A stretch of 64,000 bases of DNA from the NCBI GenBank assembly GCA_964106915.2, contig OZ066917.1; one strand, given 5' to 3'. This stretch comes from Podarcis gaigeae. Its lineage: Eukaryota. A program made the translations under genes and the position numbers. The notes below the pieces were generated by a model. That model made no database searches, was not told the DNA's origin, and saw only the letters and a program-made list of their open reading frames with translations. This document shows, one piece after another, positions 50,901 through 62,900 of the stretch; within the stretch, counting starts at the first letter, position 1; the number at the start of each line of letters is the position of its first letter.

Positions 50901-53900
50901 CAGTAGCCTTTGTATTGACACAGGGTTTGAAAAAAAAATTGCATTAGAACACCACACGCAACCAATCAAGAACACCCTCAACATAAATCAGGTGGAAAGT
51001 AGGCTTATCTGAGATTACTCATCGCCTTATAAGCTAAGGGACAGTGAACCTAGCAGGCAGTGACCATGGTGAGAAACAGGCAATGAAAGACATAAAGAAA
51101 ACCCCAGGTCCATCTATATGGGACAATATTAGTGATCAAATCAATACACATTATTACCATCTGAACACAGTAGCTAAAGTCACCCTATGTGTCTTACCCG
51201 TTACATTTAAAAAGTTATTCCCTTTCAGAGGCACATGATTGTCCTAAAGGTCATAATGGATATCTCTTATTTTGCAAGCTACCATTCCCTCATTTCTGCA
51301 ATTGTATTCTGGAAAATAGAACAGGAATGTATTCCCAGCCATGTCTTACTCCACTAAGTTAAGTTCACATAGACATTTATACCACTTAAATAATGATACG
51401 CAAGGTTGGTGATTACCGGCATATGAGCTGCATAAAATAGAAAACAAAGAAAAACCTCTGAAAACAGCCATTTTATCATACCTTTAGTACTGAAGAGATT
51501 ATCTCTGAAGGTGCATTTTCCAAAATCATATTCCGTCGCCTTTCCACTCGAACATCTGCATAACTGAACATTATTATTTTCTGTGGAGCTCTACATTCCA
51601 TTCCACTATTCTGAAAGCACTATTAAATGCAACTGGCAGTTTATTACATGATTAACTCCAGAAATTATTTGCAGTTAAAATCCACAGGTCATATAATCCA
51701 AATGTGTATAATAATGTAATAGATTACATTTTATGTTTAGCTTCTGCCCACTTTTACCCGGTTCTCAAAACAAAAAGAAAACATTATCTGTAATCATATA
51801 ATTACTTGAGGCTAGGTTCCATGGCTTTACACATGATGCTCTTCATACATACTTGGAAAAAGTTCACGTGTAAACACGTATTTGCAACCTTGTATACCAT
51901 TTTGGTACATGTACTCATGATTAGCCTTGTCACTACCACATCCCAAGTACAGGTTAGCAATTGCAGAAAGGCTTATGTACAATGCATGAAATTGTTCTAC
52001 CTCCCACATTAGCAGGTATAGGATTGTAATCAGAGTATTTCTCTAGAGTCCAATTAGCATGCCAATACAGAATTAATGTTTGTAACTGTTAAGTTGTGGG
52101 TGAAAATATCAGACGACACAGCGATTCTTCAAACAGCTCTTGTTTATTCACAGGCCAGAACAGAACTGAACTGAAGGGTTCAGCCAGCCTGCTTATATAG
52201 AGCTCCAGAACAACGTAATTGTAACAACTTTCTGTAACTATCCAATCACTGAACGTCACTTTCGATCCCTTATTTGCATATGTGGACCTGAACTATCTAC
52301 AGTATCCCCCTGCTGGCCCAGGGTGAGAACTTCAGTACATAACAGTAACAAAATATTGGGCTCTTTCCAACAAAGTCATCTTGTCTATACAAAGTCTTCT
52401 GCTTGCACAACTGAACTTCCCCTCTGTCTTCACTTCCCGCGTCCATCCTTGGAACAGATTTGGAGGGTATACACGGGGGAGAAAATCCAATTTTCAAGCA
52501 GAAGTCCTTGCATGAAAGGGACAATTTGGCTGGATAACAATTGATTATATCATAAAGCATATGCCTTATTTCCAGACAAGAGACTATCAATGAAGCGAGC
52601 ACCTCAGCAAGATGGCCTTAGTCTAACTACAGTGGTACCTTGGTTCTCGAATTTAATACGTTCCGGAAGTCTGTTCAACTCCCGAAATGGTTCGAAAACC
52701 AAGACGTGGCTTCTGACTGGCTGCAGGAGCTTCCTGTACTCAATCGGAAGTGGTGTCGGATGTTCGGCTTCCAAAAAACGTTCGCAAACCGAACACCCAT
52801 GTGTTGGGGAGCCGATTTGTTTGGGAGCCAAGTCGTTCAACTACCAAGGTACCACTGTACTCCCTGTGACCCATGAGTAGTTTTATTCCATTGCACCCAG
52901 CATGCTCAAAATCTCTAAGACTGCCCTTAAAAGTTAGATTAACTACCACAGAACCAAACTAGGGCCCTGATGAATTATATATTTCCTCAAAGGCTACATT
53001 AGCACGTGCAAGAAATGTTGTGGTGGCTGCTTGTAATGCAACCGTATGCAGATTTCTCCGTGGAGCAAGACATTTGTGTGACATTATAACGCGAGGCGGC
53101 ACTGGCAATGTTTATCTTTGCAGACTAAGAATAAGATGAGGGTGGGATGCTACATAGTTGGCCAATCGACACACTGGTCAGCTTCACACCGCCTTTGCTG
53201 TGTTTATTCTTGCAGTAAGCTCAGTAAGAAATCCCCCCTAACTCAGCATATTGGACGTTCCTTTTCAATGTGACAGAAAATAAGGAGAGATGGTTGTCCT
53301 ATGTGCATCTCTTAACCAAGCTTTTATTTGCTCTTGTCCTGCAATGAGGACTCTACCGATCGGCACAACAGCAACGTCACTCAATTTCTCCATACCTTAC
53401 TACCGTGTGGGTGCATACGATGAATTCTGGTTTGGAGTTCCACTGGTGATAGGTGATATAATAGTGTGTTTGCAGCCAGATCCACTGCTGTCCTTTGGTC
53501 AGAAACCGGTAGCAGCAAGACTTCCCTTTGCCAAACTGCATCACTATTTGTGGACACACACAAAATGCACACTGCATCAAAGATTTCAGGATCTGAAAAA
53601 CATCCTTTCAAAAAAATGATTTTAACTGATCTACATGCAGTCTAAGAGGGGCTTTGGAAACTTCAGTTCGGTACAGGACACAGCAGCAAGAATGCACATG
53701 GGAGCACGTTTTCTATTGGTTAGAATTACACTAGTTTCTAAACAAGAAATGTACCATTTAGGGTGTGTGATTAAATCCTCCATGATGGTGATTGGAGAAC
53801 AGAATTTTGCCACAAACTCTATAAAATGGATTCATTCCTAAATTATTCATAGGTATATGTCAGGGAACTGCCATCGGAGCTAGAGGCGGAGGGAAGGCTC

Positions 53901-56900
53901 CAGAGGGATGCCGGAGAGGGTCCCAGTAGGGAGAGAGGCAGCCCATCTGCTGGGGAAGGAAATCAGCGTAACACCAGTGGAGAAGGGGGGCAGATGGGGG
54001 AATCGGAGAGGAGGCTCCAGGACTCTTCACCGGAGACCAGCGGGGAGAGCACGGGTACTCCGCTGCCCACACCCTCCCTGCGCAGAAGACTTCCGCGCAG
54101 GGAGAGTAGGAGGAGACTTGGCGTCAAAGAACTTCTTTGCTGGAAGAAGTTCAAGAAACGCCGACTGATGGATTCTGCCAGCGACTGAGACAGCCACGAA
54201 GTGAAAGGCTGTCCAGACAGAAAGGGTTCAACCAGGTAACCTAGCCAGGAGTGGCGGCAACTTAGGCACGAGCAACCCCTAGAACCATTACAGGATATTA
54301 ACTGAGAATACTGAAGGATATTTGAAGAAATAAAAAGAGAATAGAATTTGGAATCCTGTATAACTGATAATTCGCTTAAGAAAGACTTAAAGGAATTAAG
54401 GCATTTTAGTACTTCTGCAGTGGAAATTCCATTCTTGTACAGTAACAATGAGAGAGAAACAAACAAACAAACAAAATATAATTCACTAACAGGTTTACTA
54501 GTATCATCAGCAGGCTCTCTCTCTGTGTGTGTGGAGGAGGGGGAGCTGCATTGCTAAAACCGATGGTTTAATTGAGTTGGATGCAACCCAGTGTCTTCAG
54601 ATTTTTATTTCTATCTTTGCTATCACATGGAAACAAACTTAATTGCCCTTAATGTAGGTAATGTCATACTCACAGTGTTCGTGGCACAGTGCCAAGAGCT
54701 GAAGGTCATCTATATGATAGTAATCATATCCAGAAGTTCCCAGCACTTCAAAAGGCAAATATCCTATAATCGGTGGTGCTCTGTATCACGGTAAAATGCA
54801 AATGATTTTATTAAACCGTTAAAAATATCATCAGCAGTGCTCAACCCTTATTCTCTCTGCCCACCCCAAAAACTCTGGAAGTGACTCCACCTAGGCACTA
54901 AAACAACAAGCAGGGCAACAGACTATTTGGGACTGCTTCGTATTACTGGAACTCAGCAGGGAGGGAAAACCTCTTGTGCACAACTCACAATTTTTTTAAA
55001 TAAAGTGCTTAAAATAAATGAAGGAAAGCAGAAAGGTAGAAATAAAGCAGGAAGGTTTACACAAGTTCACTCTGTAGAGCGACAGGACTGGTTAATTCAC
55101 AACTGTGCACAGTATGTTGACAGGCCTCCAAATATGTCTCCTCAGAGAAAGGAACAAACATCCTCCAGGTTGTTGTTGTCTCGTAAGTCACTGGTTTAGA
55201 CTGAGATGCCATGTAGCAATAAAAACTTCCAAGCGCTGCTACAGTGGCTTTGGGAAAATGCTGCAATGAGTTTTTAAAGTGTTTCTACCTTAAAAAGGAA
55301 GGGACGCAGGTGGCGCTGTGGGTTAAAGCCTCAGCGCCTAGGACTTGCCGATTGAAAGGTCGGCGGTTCGAATCCCTGCGGCGGGGTGCGCTCCCGCTGC
55401 TCGGTCCCAGCGCCTGCCAACCTAGCAGTTCGAAAGCACCTCCGGGTGCAAGTAGATAAATAGGGACCGCTTACCAGCGGGAAGGTAAACGGCGTTTCCG
55501 TGTGCGGCTCTGGCTCGCCAGAGCAGCGATGTCACGCTGGCCACGTGACCCGGAAGTGTCTCCGGACAGCGCTGGCCCCTGGCCTCTTGAGTGAGATGGG
55601 CGCACAACCCCAGAGTCTGTCAAGACTGGCCCATACGGGCAGGGGTACCTTTACCTTTACTTTACCTTAAAAAGGCAAAAGGTAAAGGACCCCTGGACGG
55701 TTAGGTCCAGTCAAAGGAGACTCTGGGGTTGCGGCGCTCATCTCACTTTACAGGCCAAGGGAGCTGGCGTTCGTCCACAGACAGTTTTTCTGGGTCATGT
55801 GGTCAGCATGACTAAACCGCTTCTGGTGAACCAGAGCAGCGCACGAAAACACTGTTTTCCTTTCTGTCGGAGCAGTACCTATTTATCTACTTGCACTTTT
55901 TGACGTGCTAGGTTGGCAGGAGCAGGGACCGAGCACAGGGCCACCCACGTCCCTTGTTTCTACCTTAAAACCTATTAAAGCAATATAACTCTTCATAGTT
56001 GTAAGTAATAATAGGGGGACAGAGTACACGGAGAAATAGGTGAAACTAACCACATTTACCTCAGATGTATGGACAGCAAGATGCATGGTACTGCACATTA
56101 AAAATGGAAACATGAAGACAGAAGATGACAGTATTTTTTTCCCTTTAGTATTATGGGGTTGTTGTTTTTTTGCCTGGTCTGGATTTTGTTGCTTGTCAAG
56201 TCTGTTAGTTTAACTATATTATTGGGAGAGATCCAACACAACTATATGGAACACATTTTGGGGGCACGCAGAAGGCTGGATGGTGCAATCAGGCAGATGT
56301 TGTCATAGGTCACCCATTGCATAAATATATTGTGTCTGAATCATTCTCACACTTTTGAACACTGCCCCGTAATCCTCTGATGAAGGACAATTAAGTAACT
56401 TCAAATAAATATGATAAATAAACAGTAGTAAATTGTCTAACAAAACATAAAGTATAGTCGTTTTCTTTTTTTTAACCAACCTGGGATCCAGAAACAAAAA
56501 TTTCCATTCCAAACTGTGTCTTGAAGTGAATTCCTCTAAAGGTTCTTCAACGATGCACATTTCCTGTATTAGAATAAAATTCTGAGTGACTGTAGTACCT
56601 TTATCGCCATTTAATTTGCTTTTTTTTCTTAAATGTTAGCGAACAACATGTGAAAGGAATAGAAAAGAAAAATTAAATATCTCCGCCTAATAGCTAAATA
56701 GCAAATCCATCCAGTTTATTAGTTTTAACTGGTGCTGGGCTACTTATTCTGTACCTAATGACAAAACAGCTTAAATGTTTTCATTCCTAACATAGTTCAG
56801 TCTGGATAGCTCAGTTAGGAAGAACATGGTGCTGATAACACCAAGGTTGTAAGTTTGATCCCTGTATGGGACAGCTGCATATTCTTGTGTTGCAGGGGGT

Positions 56901-59900
56901 TAGACTAGTTGATCCTCAGGATCCCTTCCAACTCTACATTTCTATTATACTATTAATTGTTTTGGAAAATTTTACAGCTAGATGGCTACTGATGAAGACG
57001 ACCTCTTTCTGTTGAGTGGAGTCCACTCCAGCTAATTTTTTTAAAAAAACTTACTTAACACAGAGTCTGGCATTGTTGAGAGTCCCTAGACCCAGCACTT
57101 TTTGGCATACGTATTTGGAGACTGAACACGAGGATGACAAATCCTATGATAAGCACTCCTAAACATTACTCCTGAGGCAGAGATCACTCGCCACAGGGAG
57201 GTTTGCTCTTGAAGCAATGTAACATGTGCATTGGCCCATTCTACTCCACGAAGAAAGCCCCTCAGATTGCTTTTGCAGACATGAGACAACAACTGCATTC
57301 CATCCCTAGTTCCGCATACACGGGCAGATGTTTTGGATAAGTATCAAATTGACCAGGCTCAGATTATCAGCTGACTTACCAGCAGCAGAGGGATGGGGTG
57401 ATGGCGGCAATCTCAGAGAGGTATTTCTAACAACTTATTTACTTAGAACATTTATATCCTCCCTTTCCGGTCTCCGGCCCAACAATACCTGATTTTAGCT
57501 TCAGCAAGATGCCTGCATTATTATCTGCAAGATGCCTGCTGGCAGTTGACTTGAAAAGTTGCATGCATTGCCTCACGGAGCCTCAAGGTGCTCCCCTGCT
57601 GCTTTTTGTACCGGTTTACCTTCAGGAATATTGAACACCTTACCGATGGCCATTCCGTTATTCCAAGGTACCATGTATGTCCCTGCTCTGCAAGCCATGG
57701 CTTTGGGAGGAGCCACCATATACGGAGAGAGGAGGCACCGCCTATCCCTAACGCCTTGAACAGTGGTACCTCGGGTTAAGTACTTAATTCGTTCCGGAGG
57801 CCCGTACTTAACCTGAAACTGTTCTTAACCTGAAGCACCACTTTAGCTAATGTGGCCTCCTGCTGCCGCCGTGCCACCAGAGCACAATTTCTGTTCTCAT
57901 CCTGAAGCACTATTTCTGGGTTAGCGGAGTCTGTAACCTGAAGCGTATGTAACCTGAAGCGTATGTAACTCGAGGTACCACTGTACACACTCCTGAGCGG
58001 GAAGATAAGGGACTGAAAGGGCTGATACGACTACAAAGACTTTTAACAGACTCTAAGACATACACACTTGCCTTTAGAAACTGAGGTGTTGCCAGTCGAA
58101 CAGTAGCGACAAAGCAGACTTGTTTTCCTAGTGGTGTTCTGTAACCCCTTGGAACAGCACCATCAAAGCCATTACAAGTAGATATAGGCACTGGATAAGA
58201 AAAGTGCGAGACAAAGAGTTGTGCCTTTTAGTGTATTTAGCTCCCACTATTTTATACATATAGAAATGCGCTGATATCACTCAGAGAGATATGTGTCTGG
58301 GCAGTGCTTTTAAGGTTATGTATGTGTATATGTATGTATTATTTTTTTAGGAATTAGCTGAATAAAAAAAAAATGAAGTCACAACTTAAAGTCAAGCCAG
58401 AAAGTAAGCTGGAGGGTATTCAACACTAAGCTTTACTCAGTGTAGGCTTTCTGAAATTAATGGCCCAAACGTATAGTCTTCATTCATTCATTTCAATGGG
58501 TCTACTCTTGAGTGAACCTTAGTTGACTACCCCCTCCCTGCCAATAAATTGTGTCTTTAAAAATTGGTCATTGCTGAACAGCAGTATAGCAGATGGGCTA
58601 GAGAAGGATGTCAAGTGAGAAGCAATAGGTGGGAGGAGATGCTGAACCCCCTCAAGATAGATGGGAGGGGTTGGGATAGATAGAAGTAGCAAGAAGAGAT
58701 GGAGATCACTATTCCCCTCAAACTCAGTTTCCCCCCCAGGAAAATCTCTCCTAGCTTTACAGGTTTTCAGCACAGCACAGATTTGAAATGTGTGACCATG
58801 ACGTCTCATTCCACTCTCGGAGAAGCTTCCACTTCCCTATTAGCGAAATGTGTCACTTTCAGTGCTGTGGAATATGATTCTGTTTTTCCTGCTCTATCCA
58901 ATTCTGGCTGATATTTACCTCCTTTATTACAGGCTAGTTGTGTGCAGATATATTTTCTGCCCTGCCCATGAGTATTGAAATATGCAATCTGCTACCTACA
59001 CTCTGAGTTGTACACTTCTGGAAAAAGCACAGCATGAGATTCTGGCTGCTAGCCTGAAACCAAAAGGTTATATAAAAAAACCCCTAGAGGATATAGTTTT
59101 TAAAACACTTGTTTTCATGTCGAAATTATATTCCATTTGTTTCCGCGCTGAATTCTGCATCTATTTCATCAAATAACAGTACCTGTCTATTATTTCACAT
59201 CTTAATTCATTTTGCCATGTTCCTAAGACTGAAGAAAAAAGGCTCAATTCACAGAGACATGCAGCCAAATAGATATCGCTTCTCATGCAGAAATGCATCT
59301 GCATAAAAAATGCAGTTGTGTATTTGCTGTTGCATCACCCCTGTGCCCATTTTCACTTGTGCATCACAAAGATGCTTTTAAACATTTATGTAATGGCTAA
59401 AAGGGGTTTCTGCATTGGTGTGCGTCTGATAAGATGGTCCTTTTATATTGGTAAATTCAGAGTCATATGAAACTAAGAAAAAAGAATGCTTCACCACAAT
59501 TTTTTTAAAAAATGCTGCTAGTTATATGGTCTGGCACTAACCAGTTATGCAGCGCTTATACAGTCTTGCAGACAGTGGAATTGTGAGTTCTGACAAGCAC
59601 AGTGTGAATACGATATGACAATTTGAGCTAATATCAACTTTTTAAACATTACTCCTAGAATATATTCAGGCAAACAACTGAAGCGAAATCCAAGAAATAG
59701 TTGGAAGTAATTAAACAAATTATTACTTTCGTTATTATATTGCCACAAAGCAGCCTTTTAGTGCATACTAGAAATACAAAGCTGTTTTCTATTCAGTAAG
59801 AATATTCTACTGTATGAACACACAGTGTTGAGGAAGTGGGGCAGGGATATGGAATATGATATTTACGCCACTTATGCTCTAACCCTATAACAGTCCGTTT

Positions 59901-62900
59901 TAATAAACCACAGTTCCTCAGTATGCCAAGGATCACTGTGAATTGGTTATGGTTTACAAAACAGTTGCCTCTGGTTATTTGTAAATTGCTTGGCATGTGT
60001 TTTCTTTTTAATGCTGTCTGCATACCTACCTCAATATTTTATATTTTTCTGAAGCCACTGGGATGTCCCAGACCATATATGCATACATATAACTTTCCTT
60101 CCTTAATTTAAAAATATTATCTCAGTAATTGGTGGATGCAAACTGCCCTACCTTTATAGCACCAGCTTCTTATGGCTACGCAAACATTACACTAAAGAGA
60201 GGGAAATCACCATAAACTATCCTAAAGCGCAGGTTAATAAGGAATTTTTGCAAAGTTAATCTAGCTTGCAGTAAAGAATACTTTGATAGGATGGAATTTT
60301 TTACTTGCTATGTAAACTATAACTGACCAAGACAAGGGACCGAATCCTGCATAGTATAGAACTTCCAACACTGCAATTCTATGTTTCTATGATGCCCATT
60401 GACAGAGGAGCTGAAACCATTCCTAGCTGAATGCAGCAACATTTTAAATTCTCTCAATGGGTCTTTCTAGAGAATGCTAAGCCTCACCTTAGACTTTGTG
60501 CTAACATTCATTTTCAGCGACATTAGAGAAATATTTCGTGCAATGGAGTGCGCATTCAAGTGTGGAAAGGAACGACTGGCTGTGGGGAAGAAAGATATGC
60601 TATTGCTGGCTTTTAAAAATGTGGCTAGCTGCATGCTCCAGCTTAAGATAAGGGGAATGAATAATTTCCAAACCATTAAAAAGAACCCCAAATAAAGCTA
60701 AATAAAATGGCTGAGCATTGTTGTGGTTCTTCGGTAACCAATATAGTGTCCTCCAGATGTTGAGTTCCTCTCTCATCATCCCTGAGCACAGACCATGCTG
60801 GCTGGGGCTGATAGGACTTGGAGTCCCTCAACATCTGCAGGGCACCGTGTTGGCTATGTATGCAGTGGATGATCAGCTTTGCTGCTGTTTGGTGCAATAA
60901 AAGAAATCATTGGATAAGTGCTCCTGCACAGCGGCTACATGTGAACATGCAGCACCAAGAGAATTTTAAAATCAAACAACAACCACCAGGAACAGGTTGG
61001 GGGAATTGTTTTGCTCACCTCTAGTTATAACACAGGAAATAATAATAATATTTTTTTTATTTATACCCCGCCCTCCCTAGCCAAGGCCGGGCTCAGGGTG
61101 GCTTACAAGCAATAATAAAAACAAGTTGAATGATTACAACTTAAAAACAAAATTAAAATACAACATTAAAATATTGAAACATTAAAATATTAAAATGTAG
61201 CCTCATCGGAGGAGGAGAAGGAAAAGAAAAAAGAAAGAGAGGGAGGGAATCAAATTGGCTCCAAGCCAAAGGCCAGGCGGAACAACTCTGTCTTACAGGC
61301 CCTGCGGAAAGAAATCAGATCATGTAGGGCCCTGGTCTCATGAGGCAGAGCGTTCCACCAGGCCGGAGCCAGAGTTGAAAAGGCCCTGGCTCTGGTTGAA
61401 GCCAATCTAACTTCCTTAGGAAATAAGAAATGCCTCTGACATCTGCGCAACCATATTACTACACACAACACACTAGCAATTAATGTGCTATGTGGAAGGA
61501 CTACTTCGTTTTACTAGAATGAAAATGTTACGACTATATTCCACAGAAATGTTACGTACTTGCAACAGAGGTGGATCTCTGTCACATTCATTACACAAGA
61601 AAATGGATCAAGTGCTCTGGGTTTGCTTAGAACTGCAGCTTTGGAGTCATAACAATGTTTACTCATAAGTAAATCCCACCTAGTTCAATGCTTGGTATTG
61701 TGGTCTAAGCAACTGGTTGTTGTCATTCTGGTTGTTGTCATTCTGTCTGAAATTGCTCTGTTGATGTTGGAAATGTGCATGCACACACACACAGAGAACG
61801 CTCAACCCCCTATATACATTTATTTAGACACTGGTTATAGTTACAGAATAGCTGAGACTTACCATGACTGTAAGACAGAAAGTTCCCTACAAATTTTATA
61901 TATTCGTATGTTGGAAATTCCTTTGGGTTCAGACTTCCCCTCAAAAGATGACAGCAAAATTCCAAATCTTCGTCAGCTGGAATTTTTAAAAAACACATGT
62001 CAAAAAAGACAAGATAAATATTATTTGTAAACTAAACGCAATGAGATTCATATAATGAGGCAAATGGAAGAACCGCAATGAATTCAACAATGCTGTCTGT
62101 AGTCACAAAGGCCCACAGTCTGCTGGATGAATCTCTGCATAAACCTAGGCTGCTCAGAACTATAAATAGGTATTTCTCATGCATACTTAAAGCCAGGGAT
62201 TGAGTTTGACTCTTAATCCCATTTTTCAGTACCATTCCATGAAATAAATCACGCAAGCTTAATATACATATATGTGATTGCAAGCAATCCAACGCAAAAA
62301 ATCAACTTCACATTGCAATTTTAATTGTCTTTTCCTTTTCCTGCATAACAAAATTATTATTTATTTATTTATTTATTCTGAAAAAAAAATCTTTTTTAAT
62401 TAAAACAGTTTCTTACACTGCAGCAAAATAAGAAGAGTATCTTGTGGCACCATGCATCTGATGATGTAGGTTGCAGACTATGGAAGCTTATACCATTATA
62501 ATTTTGCTAGTCTTTAAAACAGGTTAACCATAGATAGAATTGATTAAAATGAATCTATCTTATTAACTAGTAATCCCTGATCCTTCTCCCATGCCTGCCC
62601 TTTTAATAGTTCAAAGCACTGTGATTTTAAAACCAATATGTAAAAAAATTCCACAAGTTCTCATGTGTATTAATAAAAATAATAATTTATGAACAGATGA
62701 CTACAACAGGATCTGATTAAAGTCTCCTTATATGTATATCCAACTAAAATAACAATTTTCCTTAAGATTCAACAATGTATTATTAACATAGCTGCGAACA
62801 GTCCCATTTTTTACTACAATAAGCGCGATTATTATAGATTTTAAATTGCACAGAAGAATAATTCTCTATAGACTAGTTCCCTTAGCTTCAAAATGAAAAA

